This document shows positions 48,341-57,302 of a stretch of 64,000 bases of DNA, in pieces; within the stretch, counting starts at the first letter, position 1; each line of letters opens with the position of its first letter. The notes beneath the pieces are model-generated. The model did not search any database. It saw only the letters and a list, made by a program, of their open reading frames with translations, and had not been told where the DNA came from. The stretch is from Candidatus Levyibacteriota bacterium. GTDB taxonomy: Bacteria > Patescibacteriota > Microgenomatia > Levybacterales > UBA12049. The stretch lies in contig DAHWUP010000001.1 of the NCBI GenBank assembly GCA_027334565.1, positions 94,726 to 158,725 on the forward strand, in the 5' to 3' direction. A program made the position numbers and the translations under genes.

Positions 48341-48372
48341 AAATAAACTACGGATTATGAATTCCGCTTAAA

Positions 48373-48951
48373 TTATATAACTTTTTTATTTTTTTGACCA
48401 TTTAAAAATTGCTTAAATTTATCAAAAGCCTTTCGCCTGTGGGAAACTGCATTTTTTTCTTCAAAAGTCATCTCCCCGTAAGTTTTATCAAAACCGTTAG
48501 GAATGAACACGGAGTCCCACCCATAACCAAAATTGTTGCCCGCTCTCAACGTATCGGAAATTGTTCCTCTGACCTCTCCGAAAAAACAATGGATATCTTT
48601 TCCGTCATGATAAGCGATCGCCAGTTTCGCGGTTGCGCTTCGTTGTTTTTCTCCCGCGAGCATTTTTAAGAGAAGTCTGGCGCTTTTTTCTTTTCCGGCT
48701 TTTAACATCCATTTGATCAACGGACCGGGGAAATTATTCCAGGCGTCGATATACAATCCGACATCATCTACGAATACCGGCGAATTGATCTTATTGTATG
48801 CTTCCAAAACCTTATGTGTGGCAACTTTCTCAAGATCCAACTCCTGGATCTCTTCAAGATCGATATCAACTATTTTTATCGGGAAATCCATAATTTTTTG
48901 TACATCGCTTGCTTTTGCTTTATTTCCCGTGATAAATGTCAAAACTTTCAT
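48373..48951 (-). CDS. rdgB: non-canonical purine NTP pyrophosphatase (Ham1/RdgB)
   Basis: ITGNKAK and FGYGWDSVF motifs. Confidence 0.8.
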   Translation of the reverse strand: MKVLTFITGNKAKASDVQKIMDFPIKIVDIDLEEIQELDLEKVATHKVLEAYNKINSPVFVDDVGLYIDAWNNFPGPLIKWMLKAGKEKSARLLLKMLAGEKQRSATAKLAIAYHDGKDIHCFFGEVRGTISDTLRAGNNFGYGWDSVFIPNGFDKTYGEMTFEEKNAVSHRRKAFDKFKQFLNGQKNKKVI

Positions 48952-49003
48952 ACCCTTAATAGCACTTGAACTTTAACACATTCGGTACTATTATTAAAGC
49001 CTC

Positions 49004-49474
49004 ATGAATGCGGAAAAACCACATATCGACAGCGGAAGAGGTCCATCCGACCTACAACAAAGGTTGGACGGAATTGCCACTTTGGCAACTCTTGAAAGAG
49101 AAGGTCACCATGCCGATAAATTACTTAAAAAACTGGATCCCACAAGACGTAATCGTATCGCAAGAGCCGTTGAAAAATTGCACGGAGAACTTCTCGCCAA
49201 AAAAAATACAGGCTTTCAAACATCTTTAGCCGATGAGACGGCGGAAATGCATGAGGTCGAAACAAAAGACCACCGGCCCCACGAAACTATTAACACTCTA
49301 AGAGCCGAAGCCAGAAGAACTTTATCCGCCGGACTACGACACGCGCGTCAAAGAGCGGCACAAAGTTTACCGGAAATTACGGTTTTTACGATAAATGATC
49401 CGCGGGTAAACGAGGTACGGAAGAAAGCGTCCGGAGTCGTACAAAAAATTAGAACCGGTATCAAACGGCATTAA
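49004..49474 (+). CDS. hypothetical Arg/His-rich protein (156 aa); its 3' end overlaps the convergent lysK by 14 nt
   Basis: ORF only; slightly higher GC than the flanks by eye; may be spurious. Confidence 0.3.
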   Translation: MNAEKPHIDSGRGPSDLQQRLDGIATLATLEREGHHADKLLKKLDPTRRNRIARAVEKLHGELLAKKNTGFQTSLADETAEMHEVETKDHRPHETINTLRAEARRTLSAGLRHARQRAAQSLPEITVFTINDPRVNEVRKKASGVVQKIRTGIKRH

Positions 49475-50984
49475 ACCTCTCTTTAACGAATTTTCTATCC
49501 AATGATAAAATAAGCCAGGCGGCTTTCGGTCCGTGATTTTTGCCCAGTAATGATAAATAAATTGCGGCGAATGTATCATTTCCGCTTAATTCCAGTTCCT
49601 TGCCCAAGTCGTAAATTCTGGTTTGAAACTCTTCCGCAACCCATTTTTTATTAAGCTCCGCAGCGATTTTATATAGAAGTTTTTTTTGTGCAGCTGAAAG
49701 TTTTTTTGTCGTTTCTGGTAAATCTTTTTGTATACTGAATTTATCTTTTTCCGGCGCGAACCGTTCCACCCAAACCCTTGCGTAACCTGCCCAGTCGGTA
49801 AGTCCGTTTTTAATAATTTCCTCTTCCATATTGGGCATCTGTACCCATTGCGCCAGAACCGAAAACCGGACATACGGAGGTTTTTCCGCCTTACCCACTT
49901 GTGACAGCTCGAAAATTCTTGCCTGATCCTTATCGCCATGATTAAAATAAGCCTGCGCGCATCTTTGGTAATCGTCAAATAAAGCCGGTATTGTCTGAGG
50001 ATCGGAAGGATCGAAATTTATCTGTTGATTAACTTTAATCCTTACCATTAAAAATCTGTTAAGTTGTGGCGGAAGAATCTGAAGCATTTCTTTTGCGCTT
50101 GTCCCGACCCCTCTTGACGACGACATTTTCTTTCCCCCGACCAGAAGCCACTCATAAGTAATCGGATAGGGGACGGGATAATCAATGACATTCTCGCAGA
50201 TCAATTTGGCGAAATCGTGTGATCCTCCCGAAGACATATGATCTTTACCGGCCCCCTCAACGGTGATTCCGATGGCCTTCCACTTGGCGGGCCATTCAAC
50301 TTTCCAGGGTAGTTTTCCCGTCATTCCCTCTTTACTGCTAAAAGGCGAAGCTTCCCCTTTGCTTCCACAACCTTTTGTCCATTTTACTTTATCGACCTGA
50401 CATTCATAAGCGACCTTTTCCCCATCCCAATCGGTAACAATGGTCGTTGACACTTTTCCGCAATTTGGACAGTAAAGCTGGAACGGATACCAATTTTTCG
50501 GCAGATCTTTATCGTACAGAGTTTTATAAACCTGTCTGACCTTATCCGCTTTATCCAGAACTTCTTTTATTATCGGGTTCATTTTGCCGCCGGTGTATAA
50601 ATCTTTGGTCCAGATGATTTCCGGTTCGCAACCCATCGCATTGAAAACATTTTTAAATTCCAACGCATGATAAGACGCAAAATCCGAGAAACCCGGTTCG
50701 GGAGATGGAATTTTAAACAGAGGCATCCCTAAATATTTCTCGTACTTTCCACGCGGCAGATACGAAGGGATGTCGTCCATCGGGTCATGATTTTCGAAAA
50801 CATAGGTAAACTTTGCATTGGCACCTTTATTTTTCAAGGCTTTGAACACCAGATCGTGTACCACGACTCCGCGAAGTGCGCCGACGTGTACTCTGCCGCT
50901 TGGGGTCTTCATATCATCCACCCAATACGGTATATATCTTTTTGACTTTAAAATTTCGTCGGCAACCTGATCGGCCCAAAACAT
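49461..50984 (-). CDS. lysK: class I lysyl-tRNA synthetase
   Basis: HVGALRG (HIGH-like) and KKMSSSRG (KMSKS-like) motifs; colinear with archaeal LysRS-I (MFWADQVAD...). Confidence 0.85.
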   Translation of the reverse strand: MFWADQVADEILKSKRYIPYWVDDMKTPSGRVHVGALRGVVVHDLVFKALKNKGANAKFTYVFENHDPMDDIPSYLPRGKYEKYLGMPLFKIPSPEPGFSDFASYHALEFKNVFNAMGCEPEIIWTKDLYTGGKMNPIIKEVLDKADKVRQVYKTLYDKDLPKNWYPFQLYCPNCGKVSTTIVTDWDGEKVAYECQVDKVKWTKGCGSKGEASPFSSKEGMTGKLPWKVEWPAKWKAIGITVEGAGKDHMSSGGSHDFAKLICENVIDYPVPYPITYEWLLVGGKKMSSSRGVGTSAKEMLQILPPQLNRFLMVRIKVNQQINFDPSDPQTIPALFDDYQRCAQAYFNHGDKDQARIFELSQVGKAEKPPYVRFSVLAQWVQMPNMEEEIIKNGLTDWAGYARVWVERFAPEKDKFSIQKDLPETTKKLSAAQKKLLYKIAAELNKKWVAEEFQTRIYDLGKELELSGNDTFAAIYLSLLGKNHGPKAAWLILSLDRKFVKERFNAV

Positions 50985-51034
50985 AATACCCCTATTCTAC
51001 AGAATAAAGTTTAAATATAAAAGTCTTTCTGTTT

Positions 51035-51265
51035 CTACGGTTGATTGCTTTGACTTCTTCTTCGGGTTATTTCTTCATCGATCAGCCTACCGGCTTCAAT
51101 TATTGCTGGCGTCGGAGTAAAAGATCTTCCCCCGCCGTAAACCTCATCGACTCTTCCTTCTTTGTCCAACCGAAGCCATTGTTCAAATATCGCCATCGCC
51201 TCATTCGAAGGCTGACTTAAATCCTCAACGCGCAAACTTGCGCCTAATTTATAGACTTCCGTCAT
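51035..51265 (-). CDS. hypothetical small protein (76 aa)
   Basis: ORF between the 138-aa gene and lysK; GC looks a little higher than the flanks by eye. Confidence 0.35.
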   Translation of the reverse strand: MTEVYKLGASLRVEDLSQPSNEAMAIFEQWLRLDKEGRVDEVYGGGRSFTPTPAIIEAGRLIDEEITRRRSQSNQP

Positions 51266-51293
51266 AAATCTTCACCTCCTTTTAAAAAATCGT

Positions 51294-51710
51294 TTACCTT
51301 CTCCCTGTTCTTAAACCCCGTTCATAACCCATACCTCTTAAGATCTCCATCGCTTTTCCGTCTTCGTCCGCTTTGCAAATCACCAATAGGGTTGGTATGT
51401 CGTTTTCCGGAGAAAAGAAAGCACGAACTCTTCTGGACGGGCTTGAGTCCGAAGTTTGTACCCCGAATACGGGAGCTCTGTCGCCATCCGTGTGTCTGAT
51501 AATTTGTGCCTGACTGACCGAACCTGTTTGTAAGAGCTCACGGGCTTTTTGATGGAACAATCTAATTGCTCTTTCCGAATCGCCGTTCAATCTTTGTGCA
51601 AGTCTTGCAGCTGCCGGATTTCTTTCGATACCGATTTCCACACGGTGTGCTGCCACACCCGATTCAATTGTTTGAATATCCGAAACTTGCCTTCCCAATC
51701 TTCCTTCCAT
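51294..51710 (-). CDS. hypothetical protein (138 aa from the ATG at 51710)
   Basis: SD AAAGGGGGTG lies 6 nt upstream of the ATG at 51710, so the ORF-track GTG start at 51719 falls inside the SD. GC looks a little higher than the flanks by eye. Confidence 0.4.
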   Translation of the reverse strand: MEGRLGRQVSDIQTIESGVAAHRVEIGIERNPAAARLAQRLNGDSERAIRLFHQKARELLQTGSVSQAQIIRHTDGDRAPVFGVQTSDSSPSRRVRAFFSPENDIPTLLVICKADEDGKAMEILRGMGYERGLRTGRR

Positions 51711-51752
51711 TTTTAGCACCCCCTTTCTGATTTATCATTGTCATTTTTCCAC

Positions 51753-51777
51753 TAAAAAACCCCTCGATTTCGAGGGG
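51753..51777 (-). terminator. hairpin cccctcga-tt-tcgagggg plus a U6 tract on the minus strand, 33 nt upstream of the SD of the 138-aa gene
   Basis: Seen directly; either the terminator of the PPAT/DPCK gene or an attenuator in a leader. Confidence 0.5.
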
Positions 51778-51880
51778 CCGCCTTGTTTAAAATTATCGAT
51801 CTACGCCAAGACAAACCCCCCTTTAGGAGAAGTTCTTCTTGGAATACTTTGCAAATCGATTATCAAACATGATGTAAAAC

Positions 51881-51889
51881 ATTATACCA
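51881..51889 (-). promoter_or_regulatory. extended -10 promoter TGGTATAAT on the minus strand
   Basis: Perfect TGnTATAAT just downstream of the 51902 stop codon; it would start a leader of about 160 nt containing the hairpin. Confidence 0.35.
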
Positions 51890-51901
51890 GTGTCAAAAAA
51901 A

Positions 51902-52882
51902 TTATTCAAGAACAAATTGTGAAGCTATATTATGTGCTTTCTCTTTTACGTCTTCGCCAACCACCACTTTAACCATCCCGGAGTTTGGTTGACCGTAATA
52001 TACGGTAAAGCCTAACGGTGAAAGAAGCAATACGGGCAGGACGGCCAAATCCTCCTCCCCGTCGATCACGATAGTTTTTTTACCCTTTTTTAGAATAGCC
52101 TGTTTTATGGCCTCAAACAACTCCCAGGTTATTGTACCGGGAGGATTTTTGACCTTTAAAACCTCTTCTTTGTTAAAACCCAGTTCGGAAACGTCGGTAT
52201 ATCTTTTCTCTCTTCGGATTTTAAAATCGATAATCGAAACGAATTGACCGACCCGATGCTTATTGAATTCAAAAGACGTGTGGTCGCCGACCACTATTGT
52301 TTTTTCCGGTTCCAAATCCTGCGGAATATCTTTATATATTTCTCCCCACGGATTTTGGAATTCCATCCTTAGACTTTCCGGCAATACAAGTTTTTTATTA
52401 ATCCATGTAGGGCTTACGTACAGTCTCCCGTTCCTGTCTATTTCGCCGTTTCTAATTCTGGTTGAAGATATTATTCCTCCGTCCTCGGCTTCAACCAAAG
52501 GAGAGATCACGATTTCAAGTTCGGTAAGATTATTCTGCCTTCGCACGTCGTTTATTTCCATAGCCGTTTCTCTGGTATGAGGCGTCACCAATATCACGTC
52601 ATAATCGGCCGAAACCGTCAGATATGGCTCATACGGGTTGTCTATGGATACTATTTCCACCTTGGCTTCCGTTCCCGAAGATTCCAAATATTCCTCTACA
52701 TATTTTTTTCTGGTATTAAAATCCTGAATTCCGTTATTTTTGAAGTTTCGTACGTATTCATCGCTGGTAATTCCCAAAAGGATGTTATCCGAGAGATCCA
52801 AAGCCTTATTCAATAAAGTTTTATGTCCCAAGTGAAACAAGTCGAATGTACCGCCGAAAACCAGATGTTTAAACTTCCCCAT
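51902..52882 (-). CDS. bifunctional archaeal-type phosphopantetheine adenylyltransferase (cytidylyltransferase fold) fused to a DUF359-like GTP-dependent dephospho-CoA kinase domain
   Basis: N-terminal LVFGGTFDLFHLGHKTLL...LGITSDE (archaeal PPAT pattern); C-terminal VVGDHTS ... IDGEEDLAVLP, resembling the DUF359/TK1697 family. Confidence 0.55.
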   Translation of the reverse strand: MGKFKHLVFGGTFDLFHLGHKTLLNKALDLSDNILLGITSDEYVRNFKNNGIQDFNTRKKYVEEYLESSGTEAKVEIVSIDNPYEPYLTVSADYDVILVTPHTRETAMEINDVRRQNNLTELEIVISPLVEAEDGGIISSTRIRNGEIDRNGRLYVSPTWINKKLVLPESLRMEFQNPWGEIYKDIPQDLEPEKTIVVGDHTSFEFNKHRVGQFVSIIDFKIRREKRYTDVSELGFNKEEVLKVKNPPGTITWELFEAIKQAILKKGKKTIVIDGEEDLAVLPVLLLSPLGFTVYYGQPNSGMVKVVVGEDVKEKAHNIASQFVLE

Positions 52883-52891
52883 AAGTGGATT

Positions 52892-54088
52892 TTATAGCAC
52901 TTTTAGTTCTTTTGCTACCCCCGCGAAGGCCTTTAATCCCAAATCCAGATCTTGTTTAGAATGCGAAGCCGATGGAATCACCCTGATCCTCGCCTTTCCT
53001 TTTTGAACCATCGGAAAAACGATCGGAGTGGCAAATACATTATTCTTGAAAAGTCTGGCGGAAAATTCGCTTGCCAGTTTTTCGTCTCCCAACATCACCG
53101 GTGTGATCGGCGACTGCGAATTCCCGATATCAAAACCCAATTTCTTAAATTCCGTGCGAAGATATTCAACGTTACGCCAAAGTTTTCTTACCGGTGCATC
53201 GGAGTGAAGTAATATTTTTATCGCCTCTAAAGAGGCCGCGGTATCGGGAATTGACAATGCTATGGAAAACAATCTTGGTCTTGCTCTCAATTTAAAATAA
53301 TCAATTAAAGTTTTTCTGCCGGCGATATAACCGCCCATTGAGGAAAAAGCCTTGGATAAGCTGCCTACTTCGATGTCGATTTGCCCTGCTAAACCGAAAT
53401 GGTCGACAATCCCTCTTCCGCCTTTTCCTAAAACTCCTTCACCGTGCGCGTCGTCAACCATCATCAGCGTTTTGTATTTTCTCGCAAGTCGGACTATTTG
53501 GGGCAACGGCGCCAAATCTCCGTCCATGGAAAATACTCCGTCCGTAACAATTAAGATAACCGGCATTCCCCCATCGGACCTTGGTTTTTTGGCGATTTTT
53601 ACAGCCTGCTTAAGCTTAACTTCCAAATCTTTTACGTCACCGTGTTTATAGATGAATTTGTTGGAAACTTGAGAAAGGCGGATCGCATCGATTATCGAAG
53701 CATGGTTCAATTCGTCGGAAATAACAATATCTTCCTTACCTAATATCGTTTGGATAGCCGAACAGTTCGCCAGGTATGCGCTTGAAAAAACCACTGCCCC
53801 GTCGGTCTTTTTAAATTTGGCGATCGCTTTTTCGAGCTCAAGATGGATGGCATGCGTACCGGCCAAGGTCCTGTATCCCGTACCGATTCCGTACTTTTTC
53901 ACCGCTTCGATTGTTGCACGCCTGATCCTTTTATCTTCGGTTAAACCCAAATAATGACTTGAACAAAAGTTCAAACGCTTCACTCCGTCGATCGTCAGAT
54001 ATGGTCCTTGCCCCGAATCGATCACTCTGGGAGAAGTAGCCGATGACACAATTTTTTCCAGCTGTTTATAAAAGGCATTTAAATTCAT
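52892..54088 (-). CDS. kbl: 2-amino-3-ketobutyrate CoA ligase (glycine C-acetyltransferase), class II PLP aminotransferase
   Basis: Class II aminotransferase fold with a PLP-lysine region (GSLSKAF); adjacent to tdh. Confidence 0.75.
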   Translation of the reverse strand: MNLNAFYKQLEKIVSSATSPRVIDSGQGPYLTIDGVKRLNFCSSHYLGLTEDKRIRRATIEAVKKYGIGTGYRTLAGTHAIHLELEKAIAKFKKTDGAVVFSSAYLANCSAIQTILGKEDIVISDELNHASIIDAIRLSQVSNKFIYKHGDVKDLEVKLKQAVKIAKKPRSDGGMPVILIVTDGVFSMDGDLAPLPQIVRLARKYKTLMMVDDAHGEGVLGKGGRGIVDHFGLAGQIDIEVGSLSKAFSSMGGYIAGRKTLIDYFKLRARPRLFSIALSIPDTAASLEAIKILLHSDAPVRKLWRNVEYLRTEFKKLGFDIGNSQSPITPVMLGDEKLASEFSARLFKNNVFATPIVFPMVQKGKARIRVIPSASHSKQDLDLGLKAFAGVAKELKVL

Positions 54089-55101
54089 GGTACCAGCAAT
54101 ATCTTACCGCATTCCCCCGATTTCATCACTTGCATCGCTTTTTCAAAATCTTTTAGCTTAAACTTATGCGTAATCATTTTTGTTAAATCGACCTTACCAG
54201 ACGTTAACAACTTACTTACCTCAAACCAGGTATCCCAAATTTTTCTTCCGAAAACTCCTTTTACCGTCAATTCTTTATCGATAAAATATTTTCCCAGATC
54301 CAAAGCGACTTCCTGTTTAGGAATTCCGAAAACAATCATTGTTCCGGCTATGCGCACCGCTTCAAGGGCGGTTTGAATTGCGTTTTCATTTCCCGACATT
54401 TCCAATACAACATCCACTTTATTGCTATATTTTCCGGGTAATTCTGCGAATACTTCGTCAGCGCCCATTTTTCGACCCAATTTTCTTCGATATTCACCGC
54501 GGTTTAAAGCGATTACTTTTTTTGCCCCATAGGCTTTGGCAACCGCAACCGCACAAAGACCGGTCGGACCAAGCCCTGTGACTAGTACAGATTTTCCTTT
54601 TACATCCGCTGTTTTAACCACATGCACCGCATTACCCAAAGGTTCCTGCGAACTCATCGCCTCAAGCGGTATCCTTTTATCGTTTTTCCAGGTCGTACGT
54701 ATCGGTATGGTCGCGTATTCCGCAAACCCGCCGTTTCTGCCAATACCGAAAAGTTGCATGTTCTCGCAGATGTGTTTATTTCCAATTTTACATTGTTGAC
54801 ATTTGCCGCAATAGATATGGGTTTCCGATGATACCAGATCGCCTACTTTGATTTTATTCGGATTTTGACCATTGATCTTAACTACTTCGCCGACGATCTC
54901 GTGCCCTACGACGATCGGAGGTTCAATATGCAATTTTGCCCATGAATTCCAGTCATAGATATTAATGTCGGTCCCACAAATAGATGCCAGTTTTACTTTA
55001 ACCAAAAGTTCGCCTTTTGCCGGTTCGGGAATTGGAATTTCTTTAACACTGATGCCCTTTTGGGGATTCGACTTAACTATCGCAAGCATTCTGTTTGACA
55101 T
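54085..55101 (-). CDS. tdh: L-threonine 3-dehydrogenase (Zn-dependent medium-chain dehydrogenase/reductase, MDR)
   Basis: ASICGTDINIYDW, GHEIVGEV and Rossmann GLGPTGL motifs. Confidence 0.85.
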   Translation of the reverse strand: MSNRMLAIVKSNPQKGISVKEIPIPEPAKGELLVKVKLASICGTDINIYDWNSWAKLHIEPPIVVGHEIVGEVVKINGQNPNKIKVGDLVSSETHIYCGKCQQCKIGNKHICENMQLFGIGRNGGFAEYATIPIRTTWKNDKRIPLEAMSSQEPLGNAVHVVKTADVKGKSVLVTGLGPTGLCAVAVAKAYGAKKVIALNRGEYRRKLGRKMGADEVFAELPGKYSNKVDVVLEMSGNENAIQTALEAVRIAGTMIVFGIPKQEVALDLGKYFIDKELTVKGVFGRKIWDTWFEVSKLLTSGKVDLTKMITHKFKLKDFEKAMQVMKSGECGKILLVP

Positions 55102-55131
55102 AAAATGGTGGTTGAAATCTTTGGAACAATT

Positions 55132-55602
55132 TTAATTCAAGGAAGCAATCGTATACACCACTGTGCCGGCAGGTGCTTCCACTTCAACTTTTTCTCCAAC
55201 CTTTTTACCTATTAACGCTTTTCCAAGCGGGGACTCATGGGAAATTTTCTTTTCATGGGGATCTGCCTCCCATTCACCTACAACTTTAAATACCTCTTTC
55301 TTACCCTTGATAGAAACCGTAACGGTAGATCCCAGTTTTACGACGTCTCCGCTTCTGGTATGCGAATCCTGGATCAGGACCGCTTGCTTAATCAGTTCTT
55401 CAAGCTCCTCGATTCTGCCGTCTATGAAAGACAGTTCTTCTCTGGCCGCAACATATTCGGCATTCTCGGACAAATCTCCCATGCTCCTTGCCTGCGATAC
55501 TCTTTCCAAAACCTCGGGTCTTTTGGCTTTGGTAAGCTCTTCGTGTTCTGACCTTAGCTCCTCCAAGCCTATTTTTGTTAGATAAATCTTTTTTGAATCC
55601 AT
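55132..55602 (-). CDS. greA: transcription elongation factor GreA
   Basis: Coiled-coil N-terminal domain with acidic tip; FKBP-like C-terminal domain. Confidence 0.85.
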   Translation of the reverse strand: MDSKKIYLTKIGLEELRSEHEELTKAKRPEVLERVSQARSMGDLSENAEYVAAREELSFIDGRIEELEELIKQAVLIQDSHTRSGDVVKLGSTVTVSIKGKKEVFKVVGEWEADPHEKKISHESPLGKALIGKKVGEKVEVEAPAGTVVYTIASLN

Positions 55603-55755
55603 ATGTTAGCTTTTTAAAATAAAATTCCCCATAGCTAAGACTAGAGGGAATGATTGATAAATTCTACGTCTAAGCATGATATAGTATATAAAAAATTTTG
55701 TCAATGACCTCTAGTACTGTTTCATTTATGTTATGACTTGTACTTGGGGATGTGT

Positions 55756-57255
55756 TTATTGCCCGTATTGTTGAAGTGTCTGCACCACTTTCTTCACAAA
55801 ATCATCCGCCGATTGAGGCGCAGAACCGGTAGGCTGCAAATATAGATTAACTACGTCTTGAAGCTCGGAGTCCAGTTGCTGATTCAACCCGTCATCGTAA
55901 GTCCCCTCTATAAAAGGCGACGATGCGGCAGTCTGAGCCTGCGAAACAAAAGGATAAACCAACGGATTATTTTTGAGGGAATCGGCCAGGTCCATTCTGG
56001 CGTAAGGTTGCCCGAAAGCACTGATTTTTGCCTCCTGAGCATATAGTTTTTGTTCGGTCTCTTTTTCGGATAAATATTTTATGAACAAAAGAGCCTCTTT
56101 TTGATGAACGCTCCTGACCGAAACACCGGCCGCCCAATAACTTGCCAGTGTAACATTTTGTCCGGTAAGCTGTGGAACCGGAGCGATCTGAAAATTAAGA
56201 TTAGGGTTATATTGTTTGATGGCAAAATAGTCGGACGGATAACCGAAATACATCCCCAAGTTTCCCTTGGCGAATGCCAGCTGCGAAGGATCCAGAGTAT
56301 TATCCCATAAGACATTATCTCCTTTGGCAAACGAGGTATAAAAAGTCAATGCTCCGCTGACCTGATTTTCGGACGCCTGGAAATTATTAAAATCGACACC
56401 GTTTTGCAGGAAAAGCAAAGAAATGATGTCTGCGGCATGCGTAACGTTAGAATATGTCCCGATCGCCGCGCCGGCGGTTTTAATGTTTCCGTTGGCGTCC
56501 TTAACCGTCATCGCCCTTGCCGCATCAACAAATTCGTTCCAGTTCGTCGGAATATTTACACCGGCCGCCTGTAAAAGTTGCGTGTTAACAAAAAGCGCCA
56601 GGGTATCGGTTTCCAACGGAATCCCGAAGATAGCACCGTTTTTGATCAGATCTTTCTGCGCCACCGGGTAATAGATACTATTAAACTCGTCCTGCGACAT
56701 GGTCTGACTGGGCAGAGGAAGAAGGTAATTTTTAAGCATCGGATACCAAGTATTATGAAACCAAAAGATATCCGGTCCGTTACCGTTCTGAATTCGTGTG
56801 GTCAATCTGTCCCGGTACTGACTGCTATCTTGTTTCACATATTCCACATTAATATACGGATACTGTTTTTCAAAATCCGTGATTATACCCTGCATCACGC
56901 TCGGATCCTCAAATAAACCCCAGTACGCCAGGGTGACTTGATTTTGTTGCGTGCGATTTATTCCCGGGAACAGGAAACTGATAATTAAAAATACCAAACC
57001 TAAAATTATGAATACGCTGGAAAAAATCTTTAAAAATTTTTTAAGCCTTGAAAACCCTCCGCTTGAAGGCTCGCGATACGTTACGCTTTGGGTAAAATCC
57101 GGCGGAGGTTGATTTTGTTTGGTTTGACCACTGTTAAAAACCTGGGAATAGTTTTTAGGCGGCGTTAAAAAATCAGGCGGCGGAATTTGTCCGCTCGGCG
57201 AGCTTTTTCCTCCACCCGATCCGGGATTTTGAAAGACGGTACTATCATTTTCCAT
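55756..57255 (-). CDS. ABC transporter extracellular solute-binding protein (sugar-type family 1) with an N-terminal disordered and transmembrane anchor
   Basis: SBP_bac_1-like fold after the transmembrane segment. Confidence 0.65.
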   Translation of the reverse strand: MENDSTVFQNPGSGGGKSSPSGQIPPPDFLTPPKNYSQVFNSGQTKQNQPPPDFTQSVTYREPSSGGFSRLKKFLKIFSSVFIILGLVFLIISFLFPGINRTQQNQVTLAYWGLFEDPSVMQGIITDFEKQYPYINVEYVKQDSSQYRDRLTTRIQNGNGPDIFWFHNTWYPMLKNYLLPLPSQTMSQDEFNSIYYPVAQKDLIKNGAIFGIPLETDTLALFVNTQLLQAAGVNIPTNWNEFVDAARAMTVKDANGNIKTAGAAIGTYSNVTHAADIISLLFLQNGVDFNNFQASENQVSGALTFYTSFAKGDNVLWDNTLDPSQLAFAKGNLGMYFGYPSDYFAIKQYNPNLNFQIAPVPQLTGQNVTLASYWAAGVSVRSVHQKEALLFIKYLSEKETEQKLYAQEAKISAFGQPYARMDLADSLKNNPLVYPFVSQAQTAASSPFIEGTYDDGLNQQLDSELQDVVNLYLQPTGSAPQSADDFVKKVVQTLQQYGQ

Positions 57256-57302
57256 TTTCTATAGCTTATTTATAGTATAATACCAAATATAAAATATATT
57301 CA

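Noticed and set aside
51711-51719. GTG start at 51719 for the 141-aa ORF
   Set aside because: The GTG lies inside the SD sequence AAAGGGGGTG, and an ATG 6 nt downstream has ideal spacing.
51720-51901. T-box leader hypothesis for the leader upstream of the lysK operon
   Set aside because: No recognisable T-box consensus (AATTAGGGTGGTACCGCG-like), and the leader is shorter than typical T-boxes; kept only as a generic attenuator candidate.
57256-57302. Short ctatag/ttatag repeats upstream of vanW
   Set aside because: Too short and AT-rich to distinguish from background; only a TATAAT-like -10 is plausible.
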